From NCBI GenBank assembly GCA_046536775.1, contig JAWDMD010000002.1, positions 196 to 32,195 of the forward strand: a stretch of DNA of 32,000 bases. Reading direction: 5' to 3'. Shown here piece after piece: positions 17,423 through 27,079 of this stretch. Position 1 is the stretch's first letter; each line of letters starts with the position of its first letter. The notes beneath the pieces were generated by a model. That model ran no database searches. It was not told where the DNA came from and worked only from the letters and a program-made list of their open reading frames with translations. The stretch comes from Candidatus Nanopusillus sp. (lineage in GTDB: Archaea > Nanobdellota > Nanobdellia > Nanobdellales > Nanobdellaceae). Made by a program: the position numbers and the translations under genes.

Positions 17423-17893
17423 TTATTTTATTTTTAAATTTGTTAGCGATTGATTATCTGGTCCTTTAGAATCTTTTTTAACTTGTGCAAGATATATATT
17501 TAATAATGCAGATACTTTCATATTTATAGCTTGAGGTATTTGATTTAATAATAGATTAATCTTTTCTTTGTTATATTTTATTTCATTGTCTTTTGTTATA
17601 ATTTTCATTTCTTTTATATCTTCTATATCAATTCTTGATGGTGTATAAAATAGGATAAAATCTACTAATGAATCGAAATCTTTGAAATCTGCATATATTT
17701 CTAAATAAGAAGACCATCCATTCATAGTTTTTCCATCTGGGGTTTTTATATCTTTTGTTATAGGATCGACAATTTTTTTATCTATTATTTGGAAATTTTT
17801 GAATTTTGATACGGCCTCAAATGTTTTATTTAAAAATTCTATTAATTTATCCTTATCATTAGAAAATGCTTCAAAATATAGTTTTGACTTCAT
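17423..17893 (-). CDS. Hypothetical protein (156 aa), coupled to L44e
   Basis: The start overlaps the rpl44e stop by 4 nt (ATGA). No recognised motif and no zinc ribbon, so it is not S27e. Confidence 0.4.
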   Translation of the reverse strand: MKSKLYFEAFSNDKDKLIEFLNKTFEAVSKFKNFQIIDKKIVDPITKDIKTPDGKTMNGWSSYLEIYADFKDFDSLVDFILFYTPSRIDIEDIKEMKIITKDNEIKYNKEKINLLLNQIPQAINMKVSALLNIYLAQVKKDSKGPDNQSLTNLKIK

Positions 17894-18204
17894 CTTATTG
17901 CAGTTGATAGCTCTAACTTTTTGTGTCTACCCTTTATTTCCCAAATAGTTTGTTTTTTGCATACATTGCATTCTAATCTTATATCAGCCCCTTTAGATGA
18001 TTTTATATTACCCCTCTTTCTTTGTGATAAAGGTTTCTTACTATATTTTCCTTTATTTCCTATTCCCTTTTTTCCTTCTCTTGCTCTTCTAGCACCCCAA
18101 ACCAAACCAGTCCTAGCTTTTATATTTTTTACAATGATTACTTTATGTTCCGTGACTTTTCTACAATGTGGACAATATTTATTAACGGTTTTTGGTAATT
18201 TCAT
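17890..18204 (-). CDS. rpl44e: Ribosomal protein L44e (eL42)
   Basis: MKLPKTVNKYCPHCRKVTEHKV...LECNVCKK has two CxxC pairs forming the L44e zinc ribbon. The composition is very basic and the length is 104 aa. Confidence 0.85.
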   Translation of the reverse strand: MKLPKTVNKYCPHCRKVTEHKVIIVKNIKARTGLVWGARRAREGKKGIGNKGKYSKKPLSQRKRGNIKSSKGADIRLECNVCKKQTIWEIKGRHKKLELSTAIR

Positions 18205-18236
18205 TAAAGATAATTATATTAAATAATTTTATAAGT

Positions 18237-18836
18237 TTAATTAACTATTTTTCCTATTCCAGTATTTTCTAATTTTTCAGCAAAGTTATTATTTAATATT
18301 ATTATATCTCCAACTTTAAAAGGTCCATATATTTTTCCATTTGGGCCAACAATCTTTGGTAGTTGATTTTTAATAACAACAATATTCTTATCTATTTTAT
18401 TTTGATATAATGAGACATTTATATTTATATCTGAAAAGAATTTGTTAATATCTATTTCTTCTCCATTAATAATCTTGTTTTGTATATTTTCTTTATATGA
18501 TTTTAATATTTTTTTTACAAGAGAATATAATAATTTTTCTTCTTCTTCTAAAAAATCTTCTGATATTATATTTAGATCTTCTTTAACCTCTAATACCGTA
18601 TTATTTATTATTTTACTAGTTCTTATATTAATTAATTCCGATAATGATTCTTTTAGTCTGTCCATTGTTGCAATAACCTCTCTATATTCTTTGCTATCAG
18701 ATTTATATGCTTCTAATTGTTTTTTATATTTTTTTAATAGTTCAGATACTTTAACATAAAAATCTTTTTGTAAATTTAGTAATGTTTTTTTCTCTTTTTC
18801 TTTTTGTAAGTAGGTAATTATATCTGATATATCCAT
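18237..18836 (-). CDS. GINS subunit (Gins51/Gins15-like)
   Basis: The N-terminal helical domain follows the archaeal GINS pattern: LNLQKDFYVKVSELLKKYKKQLE...LINIRTSKII...EEEEKLLYSLVKKILKSYK. The small C-terminal B-domain-like segment is VVIKNQLPKIVGPNGKIYGPFKVGDIIILNNNFAEKLENTGIGKIV. Confidence 0.55.
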   Translation of the reverse strand: MDISDIITYLQKEKEKKTLLNLQKDFYVKVSELLKKYKKQLEAYKSDSKEYREVIATMDRLKESLSELINIRTSKIINNTVLEVKEDLNIISEDFLEEEEKLLYSLVKKILKSYKENIQNKIINGEEIDINKFFSDININVSLYQNKIDKNIVVIKNQLPKIVGPNGKIYGPFKVGDIIILNNNFAEKLENTGIGKIVN

Positions 18837-18877
18837 AATAGAATATTTTTAAATTAATTTTTAAAATAAAAGAAAGT

Positions 18878-20650
18878 ATGGATTACATTCCTTTATATAT
18901 AAAAAATTTATGTTTTAATTGTAATAAATTAATTTCTTCCTATAGACTTTCAAATGGTCTTCCTTGTGAAAATGATTTAGATGATAACGAAATATTAGAA
19001 TTATTAAATATAAAGGATGAAAACACCTTTAGAGAGATTTTATACAAAAGATTATCTGAAAAGGGGAAATTAAGAGATTATTCAAATATTTATAATTTAT
19101 ATAAAGAAGTTAATAAATTTTCTGAATTCTTTAAAAAAATATTGAATTCTAATCCGTGGAAAGTACAAATAATGTGGTTTGAGAGATTATATAAAAATAA
19201 TAGTTTTTCTATGATAGCACCAACAGGTGTTGGAAAATCAACATTTATTATAGTTTCATCTATTTACTTCTCTAGTGAATATAATAAAAAAATACTAATA
19301 ATATCACCTACAAGATTGCTTGTAAAACAATTTAGTGATTTATTTGATAAATTTATAAATAGTCTAAATCTAAATATAAAGTTTATAGCATATTATGGTG
19401 GTAATAAAAAAGAAATTAAAGAAAAAATAAAGAATGAGGAATTTAATATATTAATTATTTCAAATCAATTCTTAACTAAAAATTTTGAAATATTAAAAGG
19501 TAAAAAATTCGATATTGCTTTTGTAGATGATGTAGATTCTTTTTTTAAAGGATCAAAAAATATCGAGAAACTGTTTATTTTAATTGGTTATAGTGAGGAT
19601 GATATAAATGTTGCTAAAAAAGTAATAGATCTAAAATTGACTGGTAAATTAGACTTTAATAGTGATTTATATAAAAGATTTTTAGAAATTAAAAATAAAA
19701 ACCATGGGATAGTTGTTTTATCTTCTGCTACTGGTAGTTTAAGGGGAAAAAGAGTCGGATTATATAGAGAATTGGCAAACTTTACTATTGGAACTGGAAG
19801 TTCAAAGATTAGAAATGTTGTAGATGTATATTATTTTCCCAAGAGAGATATAAAAGAGGAATTATTGGATCTTTTAAAAGAGTTAGAAGATGGCGCATTA
19901 ATATTTGTTCCGAAAGAAAAAGGAATAGAATATATGAAAGAAGTTTACGATTATCTAATATCAAATAATATAAAAGTTGGTTTAATATATTCAAAAACAA
20001 AAACAAAAGAAATTGAGAGTATATTAAATGATTTTTATGAAAGAAAAATAAATTTCCTAATTAGTATTACAGATCCATATGGAGTATTAACTAGAGGAAT
20101 TAATATGCCCGAAAGAATAAAATATGCAATATTCTTAGGAATACCAAAGATAAAAATAAATATTAAAAATCTTGAGAGAAATATAATGAATATAATTATT
20201 CTATCTAATTTAATTATACCATATATATCTGATATAGAAAAAAATAGAATAATGAAGACTCTTACAAGATTAAGAAAAAATATGAAAAAATTATCTGCAG
20301 GAGATCTAAAATTAATTTCTGATTTTTTAAATGAAAATAAGGTGAAGTTGGTCGGATATTTAAAATCCTTTACCGATGATATATTAACATTATATAATAT
20401 TTTGAAAATTTATATTGATAGGACAGAAATATTGGATAAATTAAAGGAAAATCCAGATGTTTCTATAGAAATAGATACAAATAAAAATATATATCTAAAT
20501 ATTGTAGATCTTAAAACATATTTACAGGCTTCCGGAAGAACTTCTAGATTATACTCTGGAGGGATATCAAAAGGATTATCTATAGTTTTTGTAGATGATC
20601 AAAAATTATTAAAATCGCTTGATATGAAATTAAGATATTATTTACTTTAG
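18878..20650 (+). CDS. rgy: Reverse gyrase, N-terminal helicase-like half only (split gene)
   Basis: N-terminal Cys-rich segment CFNCNK...LPCE. PWKVQIMWFERL...SFSMIAPTGVGKSTF (Walker A), FVDDVD (DDVD box), SSATGS, and motif VI YLQASGRTSRL...SKGLSIVF. The ORF stops about 25 aa after motif VI. No Toprim or topoisomerase IA domain follows in any frame. Confidence 0.85.
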   Translation: MDYIPLYIKNLCFNCNKLISSYRLSNGLPCENDLDDNEILELLNIKDENTFREILYKRLSEKGKLRDYSNIYNLYKEVNKFSEFFKKILNSNPWKVQIMWFERLYKNNSFSMIAPTGVGKSTFIIVSSIYFSSEYNKKILIISPTRLLVKQFSDLFDKFINSLNLNIKFIAYYGGNKKEIKEKIKNEEFNILIISNQFLTKNFEILKGKKFDIAFVDDVDSFFKGSKNIEKLFILIGYSEDDINVAKKVIDLKLTGKLDFNSDLYKRFLEIKNKNHGIVVLSSATGSLRGKRVGLYRELANFTIGTGSSKIRNVVDVYYFPKRDIKEELLDLLKELEDGALIFVPKEKGIEYMKEVYDYLISNNIKVGLIYSKTKTKEIESILNDFYERKINFLISITDPYGVLTRGINMPERIKYAIFLGIPKIKINIKNLERNIMNIIILSNLIIPYISDIEKNRIMKTLTRLRKNMKKLSAGDLKLISDFLNENKVKLVGYLKSFTDDILTLYNILKIYIDRTEILDKLKENPDVSIEIDTNKNIYLNIVDLKTYLQASGRTSRLYSGGISKGLSIVFVDDQKLLKSLDMKLRYYLL

Positions 20651-20651
20651 T

Positions 20652-20774
20652 TTAACATTTATTTAACATATTTAATTAACATCTTAACACTATTTAATTA
20701 ATGTTTATCTATTATTTAATATTCTATTAACAAAATGTTTTAATGTTTTAACGTCATTTAATACAACTTTAACA
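20652..20774. repeat. Cluster of TTAACA hexamers in the rgy-tmcA intergenic region
   Basis: TTAACA occurs at 20652, 20663, 20676, 20684, 20727 and 20769, and TTAACG at 20748, all on the plus strand. A tandem ATGTTTTA ATGTTTTA lies at about 20735-20750. Function unknown; it may be regulatory. Confidence 0.5.
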
Positions 20775-20826
20775 AAAAGTTAATATTTTATTAAACAAAT
20801 ATAAGTAGTTGGTTAATATCTTATAT

Positions 20827-23139
20827 ATGGATATATCGAATGATTATAATAAACTATTATGTAAAATAATCAGAAATAATCATAGAGGAATTGTTGTTTT
20901 ATCTGGCAAAGATTATTTTGATACTCTATCTAAATTTTTAAAAATATATTATGAAAAAATTAAGAACTTTAAAGATAATATAAAGATTTTATATGTCTCT
21001 GAAGATTTTAATGGTGATTATTTATATAGATTTCAAAAATTAAAAGAAAAGATAGATTTTTTGGATATAGAAAAAATTAAATATAAAGATTCTAAAAAAA
21101 TTTTGGGAAAGACATACGATATATTAATTTTAGATATGTATAAGTCTCTAACTCCAGATTATATAGGTAGAATTATTGAAACTTTATCTGGAATTGGTAT
21201 AGCATTCTTCTTAATTAAAGATTTTGAACATTTTGAGGAAAATTATACAACTTTTCACGAGCATTTATTAACCCCTCCATATAAGCTAGAAGATGTAAAA
21301 AAATATTTTGAACATAGATTCAAAAATAAATTAATCCAATATGATAATATAATTATATATGACATAGAGAAGGGATTAATAAAGGGAATAAATGATGAAT
21401 GTGTGTTAGAAGAAGCATACCCACCGGGAAGAAAAAAGATATTATTGTCAGATAATAGAAAGTTTTCAGATAGAATATATAAATTATGCTTAACTCAAGA
21501 TCAGGCAAATGTTCTTTCTCTTTTAGAAAATTTATTAAATGATGAAAAATCAATATATCTAATTATTGCAGATAGAGGAAGGGGAAAGAGTGCCTCTCTT
21601 GGTTTAGCAATTGCCGGAATTTCCGAGATATTATTAAATAGTAAAAAGGTATATGATATTGGTATAACATCACCAGAATTTAATAATGTAGAAACGTTAT
21701 TTGAATTCTTAAAGTTGGGATTAAATAGAAATAATATAAAATATAAAGAAATAAGTGAGAAAAAAATAGTAATAAACAATAAGATATACATTGAATATAG
21801 AAAACCATCTGAAATATTTAGAAAAAAATATGATATATTATTTGTTGATGAAGCTGCAGGTATTGGTATAAATATATTATTGGATTATATCAAAAAATAT
21901 GATAAAATTATATTTTCATCTACAATTCATGGATATGAAGGAGCTGGTAGATCTTTTTCTGTCAAATTTTTAAAATATCTAAATTCTCTGAAAGATTTTA
22001 AGATATATAGATATAATATGGTTGAGCCAATTAGATATAATGAACAAGATCCAATTGAAAAATGGCTATATGATACACTATTATTAGATTCTGAATCTTC
22101 AGAAATTAATGAGAGTGATAAAGAGTTAATAAAAAATAAAGATGTAAGATTTTATAAAATACCAATGAAAGAATGGTTTTATAATGATGATCCAAAATTA
22201 AAGAATTTTGTTGGAATATATATATTAGCACATTATCAAAATAGACCGAATGATGTTGTAATGCTTGCTGATGCACCACATCATGATGCTTTTGTTTTAG
22301 AATTATCAAATGGAAAGATTGTAAATGGAATACATGTTGCATATGAAGGTGGCATAGATGATGATACAATCAATAAAATGTTAAAAGATTATAAACCAAA
22401 AGGAAATATAATACCAGATATAATAGTAAAACATTATAGAATAAAAGAATTTGCTAAATTAAAAGGATTAAGGGTTGTTAGAATTGCTACAATACCAGAA
22501 ATTCAGGGGATGGGTTTGGGATCTGTATCATTGGATAAACTATGTAATTGGGCTAAAGAGAATAATTATGATTGGATAGGTTCTAGTTTTGGTATAACTT
22601 ACGAATTATTGAATTTCTGGCAAAAAAATAATTTTGCATTAGTTCATTTATCTCCAGAAAAAAACAATGTTTCTGGAGAGTATTCTGGTATAGTAATAAA
22701 ACCCCTAAACGAAGAATCAGAAAAAATAGTTAAAAAGTTAAATTATGAATTTAGGTGGAGATTAATAAATCAAATATCTGATGTATATTTTGATTTATCT
22801 CCAGAATTAATATTAAAAATGTTAGAGACTCCATATGCATTTAAACCACATTATAAATTAAATTTGACAGATAATCAGGTAGAAAGACTGGAAGGTTATT
22901 TATCCTCACCTATGACATATGAAGCTGCTGCAGATGTTGCAAAATTATTATATATCTATTATTTATTATATACAGAAAAGGATAAACCAAAAATAGATAA
23001 AGAAGAATTGTTGATAGGAAAATTTTTATTATCATGGAGTTTTGGGAAAATATCAAATTATTTTAAAATTGAGAAGTTTGGGGCTAGAAGGTTGATAAAG
23101 AAAGATATAAAAATAATATATAATTGGCTATTTAAGTGA
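20827..23139 (+). CDS. tmcA: tRNA(Met) cytidine acetyltransferase TmcA (Nat10/Kre33 homologue)
   Basis: Walker A IADRGRGKSASLG and Walker B ILFVDEAA. HGYEGAGRSF block. GNAT acetyl-CoA site RIATIPEIQGMGLGS. The ORF track starts at a TTG (20809); the first ATG is at 20827. Confidence 0.85.
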   Translation: MDISNDYNKLLCKIIRNNHRGIVVLSGKDYFDTLSKFLKIYYEKIKNFKDNIKILYVSEDFNGDYLYRFQKLKEKIDFLDIEKIKYKDSKKILGKTYDILILDMYKSLTPDYIGRIIETLSGIGIAFFLIKDFEHFEENYTTFHEHLLTPPYKLEDVKKYFEHRFKNKLIQYDNIIIYDIEKGLIKGINDECVLEEAYPPGRKKILLSDNRKFSDRIYKLCLTQDQANVLSLLENLLNDEKSIYLIIADRGRGKSASLGLAIAGISEILLNSKKVYDIGITSPEFNNVETLFEFLKLGLNRNNIKYKEISEKKIVINNKIYIEYRKPSEIFRKKYDILFVDEAAGIGINILLDYIKKYDKIIFSSTIHGYEGAGRSFSVKFLKYLNSLKDFKIYRYNMVEPIRYNEQDPIEKWLYDTLLLDSESSEINESDKELIKNKDVRFYKIPMKEWFYNDDPKLKNFVGIYILAHYQNRPNDVVMLADAPHHDAFVLELSNGKIVNGIHVAYEGGIDDDTINKMLKDYKPKGNIIPDIIVKHYRIKEFAKLKGLRVVRIATIPEIQGMGLGSVSLDKLCNWAKENNYDWIGSSFGITYELLNFWQKNNFALVHLSPEKNNVSGEYSGIVIKPLNEESEKIVKKLNYEFRWRLINQISDVYFDLSPELILKMLETPYAFKPHYKLNLTDNQVERLEGYLSSPMTYEAAADVAKLLYIYYLLYTEKDKPKIDKEELLIGKFLLSWSFGKISNYFKIEKFGARRLIKKDIKIIYNWLFK

Positions 23140-24483
23140 TTAACCAAATCCTCCAATTTCTTCTATTTCCAATTCTAGAAGTTTTTTAATTCTCATTTGA
23201 TAAGAGGGTGGAAAGTTTTTTAGAATATCATCTGCAAACCCCATATATATTAATCTTTTAGCTTTCTTTTTATCTATACCTAAACTTTGTAAATAAAGTA
23301 CCTTTTGATCATCAATTTTTTCAGTTTTTGCTTCATGATTATAATAATTTTTATTGTTGTAAATTTCCATTCTTGGTATAGATTCTGCTATTCCTTCACC
23401 TTCTATTAAAGAATCACATTTAGATATAACTTTTGAATTTTCAGAATTATTAAATATTTTTATATCTATTCTATTTACCGCCTTTCCATTTATTGATATA
23501 GATTTTGTTACAATGTATCCTTTTGAGTTTTTTCCGTTTACTAATATTCTTCCACCAGTATCTATTACCTGATTTTCATTTGCAATTGATATTGTATAAA
23601 TCTCTCCCATAGAATTTTCTTCTAAAATTAATCCTGGATATAGCATTGTTACTTCGCTTCCAAATTCAGCAGATATCCATTTAATTTTAGCATTTTTATA
23701 TACTCTTGCTCTTTTTGTTACTAGATTATATATATTCCTCGACCAGTTTTGTATTGTAGCATAAGTAACTTCTGAATTTTCTTTTGCAAAAACTTCTACT
23801 ACCGCAGCATGTAACGAAGATATATTATATATTGGAGCTGTACATCCTTCTATATAAGTTACCCTAGAATTTTTATCTGCTATTATTAATGTTCTTTCAA
23901 ATTGTCCCAGATTTTCTGTTCCTATCCAAAAATATGCCTGTAACGGAAAATCTACCTTAACATTTTCTGGTACATAAATAAATACACCACCACTCCATAC
24001 TGCTGTGTTTAATGCTGCAAATTTATTATCCCCAAAAGAGATAACTTTTCCGAAATATTCCTTTACAATTTCTGGATAATCTCTCACTGCCTGGGATAAA
24101 GGCATAAAAACAATACCTTCTTGATCTAGATATTTTTTTATTTCCTTATATACTGAAGAAGAATCATGTTGATATAATAATCCTGATAAAAACTCTCTTT
24201 CAAATTCTTTTTTTAATCCCAATTTTTCTATTCTATTCTTTATATCATCTGGTAGATCTTCCCAGCTCTTTGGTTTATTTTCTTTAATTATACTTCTATA
24301 GTATATCATATTATCAAAGTCAATATTATTTATTTCAGGTCCAAAATTTGGTAAATCTAATTTATTAAAATAGTTTAATCCTCTTAATCTTATATCTGTC
24401 ATCCAATCGGGTTCATTTAATATTTCAGATATTTTTTTGATTTTTTCTTCATCCAAAGGACCTCTTATAGTTATTTCTTGCAT
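23140..24483 (-). CDS. sufB: Fe-S cluster assembly protein SufB
   Basis: Typical SufB blocks: FAALNTAVWSGGVFIYVPENVKV, GQFERTLIIADKNSRVTYIEGCTAP, LHAAVVEVFAKENSEVTYATIQNWS, YNLVTKRA, and the C-terminal HEAKTEKIDDQKVLYLQSLGI. It abuts the tmcA stop with zero spacing in convergent orientation. Confidence 0.9.
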   Translation of the reverse strand: MQEITIRGPLDEEKIKKISEILNEPDWMTDIRLRGLNYFNKLDLPNFGPEINNIDFDNMIYYRSIIKENKPKSWEDLPDDIKNRIEKLGLKKEFEREFLSGLLYQHDSSSVYKEIKKYLDQEGIVFMPLSQAVRDYPEIVKEYFGKVISFGDNKFAALNTAVWSGGVFIYVPENVKVDFPLQAYFWIGTENLGQFERTLIIADKNSRVTYIEGCTAPIYNISSLHAAVVEVFAKENSEVTYATIQNWSRNIYNLVTKRARVYKNAKIKWISAEFGSEVTMLYPGLILEENSMGEIYTISIANENQVIDTGGRILVNGKNSKGYIVTKSISINGKAVNRIDIKIFNNSENSKVISKCDSLIEGEGIAESIPRMEIYNNKNYYNHEAKTEKIDDQKVLYLQSLGIDKKKAKRLIYMGFADDILKNFPPSYQMRIKKLLELEIEEIGGFG

Positions 24484-24542
24484 ATTATCTATATATACAT
24501 TATATTTTTAAATTCATAACATTGTTATAAAATTTAAACAAA

Positions 24543-24550
24543 ATTTATAT
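24543..24550 (+). promoter_or_regulatory. Putative TATA box for tRNA-Glu
   Basis: TTTATATA is centred about 30 nt upstream of the mature tRNA 5' end (24577) and is preceded by an A-rich, BRE-like stretch. The AT-rich background makes this weak evidence. Confidence 0.35.
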
Positions 24551-24576
24551 AATATTATTTACAAGTAAAATAAATA

Positions 24577-24651
24577 CGCCCCTGTCGTCTAGTCTGGTCT
24601 AGGATATAGGGTTTTCGTCCCTATGACCCGGGTTCAAATCCCGGCGGGGGC
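24577..24651 (+). tRNA. tRNA-Glu (anticodon UUC)
   Basis: Acceptor GCCCCUG/CGGGGGC, anticodon stem UAGGG/CCCUA with loop UUUUCGU, T arm CCGGG-UUCAAAU-CCCGG, discriminator A. No CCA is encoded. Confidence 0.9.
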
Positions 24652-24681
24652 AAAAATTAACATTATTGATTAGCAAATTCC

Positions 24682-24689
24682 TATAAATA
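24682..24689 (+). promoter_or_regulatory. Putative TATA box for the archaellin gene at 24710
   Basis: TATAAATA is centred about 25 nt upstream of the ATG, which suggests a leaderless or near-leaderless transcript. Confidence 0.3.
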
Positions 24690-24709
24690 AGAAGAGTGTT
24701 TAATAAGGT

Positions 24710-25303
24710 ATGAAAGGTCAAGGAGGATCTGGTTTTTCAGCAATGGTATTATTTATAGCAGCAGCATTGACAGCAGCAATAGCAGCATTAGTAATCATTG
24801 GAGCAACAACTAGTGCACAAGGACATGCAGCAGCTGCAGCACAACAAACAGTACAAACATCTGGTACAACTGTAGAAGTTGTAAGGGTAGAAGGTATAAA
24901 CGTTAATACAACAGCACAAACAGTACAAGAGTTCTTAGTATATACAAGATTAGCACCAGGATCACAGCCAATATTATTCAATCAAACAGCAGTAATATTC
25001 TATTCTCCAGCTGGTAGAGAAATATTTGCATATGGAGGGGCTGTAGCAAATTCTTCATTAGTAACAGGATATACAGGATATTATTATATTGATCAACATG
25101 ATTCAGTAGATAATTCAGGATTATTATACAATGGAGTATTAGGACCAAATGATTTAGCAGCATTATTAGTATATGCTAATGTATCATTAGCAACATCACA
25201 AACATGGGAGTTCTCTATAATACCACCAAATGGACAACCATATGATTTATCTGGTGTAACACCGGCAGCAATGATATATCCAACAGTAATATTATATGGC
25301 TAA
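24710..25303 (+). CDS. arlB: Archaellin (archaeal flagellin, ArlB/FlaB-like), short form
   Basis: Class III signal MKG|QGGSG followed by the hydrophobic helix FSAMVLFIAAALTAAIAALVIIGATT. Archaellin-like blocks include VEVVRVEG and FLVYTRLAPGSQPILFNQTAVIFYS, and the C-terminus is SIIPPNGQPYDLSGVTPAA...VILYG. It is visibly more GC-rich than its neighbours because of GCA Ala codons. Confidence 0.7.
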   Translation: MKGQGGSGFSAMVLFIAAALTAAIAALVIIGATTSAQGHAAAAAQQTVQTSGTTVEVVRVEGINVNTTAQTVQEFLVYTRLAPGSQPILFNQTAVIFYSPAGREIFAYGGAVANSSLVTGYTGYYYIDQHDSVDNSGLLYNGVLGPNDLAALLVYANVSLATSQTWEFSIIPPNGQPYDLSGVTPAAMIYPTVILYG

Positions 25304-25304
25304 A

Positions 25305-25913
25305 ATGAAAGGACAAGCCTTTCAATCACTTTTTTTATTTATATTTTTGGTTGCATTAGCTGCAATAAGTACATATATAATTGTTGATGTTTATTTAAAA
25401 AGTGCTGGATATTCAATTACAAAATTGCAATTAAATCAACAACAATCTGCAGTACCACAATTTACAATTCATGATATTGAATATTCTGAATTTGGAAGTG
25501 TAGCAACAATTTCATTTACATTATATAATTTGGGACCAACAAATATACCATTAAATGGATGGTTTATTGACTTTACAACCCCAGATGGTGATGTAGTATG
25601 TACAACTCCAGTATTTGAAAGTGTAGCTGATGCTGCAAATATTGGTATATCAGAATCTGTATATGATGCAACATATAATGAAACATTAAGTTATGGACAA
25701 GCGATACCAGGAAATTCAATAGCAAATGTTAATTTAACAATTATTGGAGGACCATGTTTAAATTCAACAATAAACTATTCTGTAAGTAATTTACAAATGG
25801 GATTTAGAGTAATAATCCCACCAACTCAATATTATGATATAATGCAGTGTTCTGTAAATCCAGATACAGGTTATTCTTCATGTAGTACTTTAGGCTATCA
25901 ATCATATCAATAG
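25305..25913 (+). CDS. Type IV pilin-like or minor archaellin-like protein with a class III signal peptide
   Basis: MKG|QAFQSLFLFIFLVALAAISTYII has the same MKGQ start as the preceding archaellin. The ORF track starts 9 nt earlier (25296, MAKMKGQ), overlapping the upstream gene. The mature part has four Cys and NxS/T sequons. Assignment beyond pilin-like is uncertain. Confidence 0.55.
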   Translation: MKGQAFQSLFLFIFLVALAAISTYIIVDVYLKSAGYSITKLQLNQQQSAVPQFTIHDIEYSEFGSVATISFTLYNLGPTNIPLNGWFIDFTTPDGDVVCTTPVFESVADAANIGISESVYDATYNETLSYGQAIPGNSIANVNLTIIGGPCLNSTINYSVSNLQMGFRVIIPPTQYYDIMQCSVNPDTGYSSCSTLGYQSYQ

Positions 25914-25952
25914 ATTTTTGATCTTTAAAATTTTATTTTTAAATAATTCTTA

Positions 25953-27062
25953 ATGTTATGTAAGCATTTTCCAAAGTGTGGCGGTTGTCAAATTCAAAAT
26001 TTATATTATAATGAACAAATAGAATATAAAATAAAGAAATTTATTGATATATTTAAGAGGGAACCAGATGAAGTTATAAAATCACCGAAAATAATTTATT
26101 ATAGAAATAGAATGGATTATGCTGTTGGTCCTAATTATGAAGTGGGATTAAAGGAATATGGAAAATGGTATTCATATGTAAATGTTGAAGAATGTTTTTT
26201 ACAATCTCAAGAATCAAATATAATAAGAAATAAATTTAGAGAATTTATAATAAACAAAAATTTAAAACCATGGGATACAAAAAAATATACAGGTTTTGTA
26301 AGATATATTGTAATAAGAGAAGGAAAACTTACAAATGAGAGAATGATAAACATAATAACTTATAAAACAGATAATTTTGAATATTATAAAAATATATTTT
26401 TAGAATTTTATAGTCAAATTAAAGATCATGTTAATTCATTTTATTGGTCAATAAATGATACAATTTCAGATGTTTCATATGGAAATATAAATTATTTATT
26501 ATTTGGGGAAAAATATATTAAAGAAAAAGCCTTAGATAATTTTTATTATATTTCATCAAATAGTTTTTATCAGCCAAATAGCTATACAGCAGAAATATTA
26601 TTAAAATATGTAAGAGAATTTACAAATCCAAATGAAAAAGATGTAATCTATGATTTATATTCTGGTTCTGGTTTTTATGCAATAGAAATTGGGAAATATT
26701 CTAATTATGTATATGCCGTAGATAATAATAATGGAAATTTTGAAATGTTTAATTTAAATAAAGAGATAAATAATATAAAAAGCGTGAGATTTTTATTATC
26801 TAATGTAGAAAATTTAGAAAAAATAAATGCAGATAAAATAATTATAGATCCGCCAAGGCCAGGAATAAATAAAAAAGTAATAAGAAAAATATTGGAATCT
26901 AATGCAAGGAAAATCATTTATGTTTCTTGTTATCCAGAAACACAAAAGAGAGATATAGATATTTTAATAAATAAAGGAAATTATAAATTGGAAAATATGA
27001 TTTTGGTCGATCAATTTCCACATACATATCATATGGAGACAATTGCTTTATTAAATAAATAA
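25953..27062 (+). CDS. RNA (uracil-5)-methyltransferase, RumA/TrmA family
   Basis: N-terminal Fe-S Cys cluster CKHFPKCGGCQ plus a later Cys. SAM motif I DLYSGSGFYA, motif IV IIDPPRPG, catalytic Cys in YVSCYPET, and the C-terminal DQFPHTYHMETIALL. Confidence 0.85.
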   Translation: MLCKHFPKCGGCQIQNLYYNEQIEYKIKKFIDIFKREPDEVIKSPKIIYYRNRMDYAVGPNYEVGLKEYGKWYSYVNVEECFLQSQESNIIRNKFREFIINKNLKPWDTKKYTGFVRYIVIREGKLTNERMINIITYKTDNFEYYKNIFLEFYSQIKDHVNSFYWSINDTISDVSYGNINYLLFGEKYIKEKALDNFYYISSNSFYQPNSYTAEILLKYVREFTNPNEKDVIYDLYSGSGFYAIEIGKYSNYVYAVDNNNGNFEMFNLNKEINNIKSVRFLLSNVENLEKINADKIIIDPPRPGINKKVIRKILESNARKIIYVSCYPETQKRDIDILINKGNYKLENMILVDQFPHTYHMETIALLNK

Positions 27063-27079
27063 CTACCTTTTAGGTAAAA

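Noticed and set aside
17921-18226. 101-aa plus-strand ORF
   Set aside because: It is fully antisense to ribosomal protein L44e, whose identity is clear.
21353-22369. Three minus-strand ORFs (21353-21553, 21501-21791, 22106-22369)
   Set aside because: All are antisense to tmcA, which has unambiguous Walker and GNAT motifs.
24718-24981. 87-aa minus-strand ORF rich in Ala, Cys and Val
   Set aside because: It is an artefact of GCA/GCT-rich Ala codons in the archaellin N-terminus read on the opposite strand.
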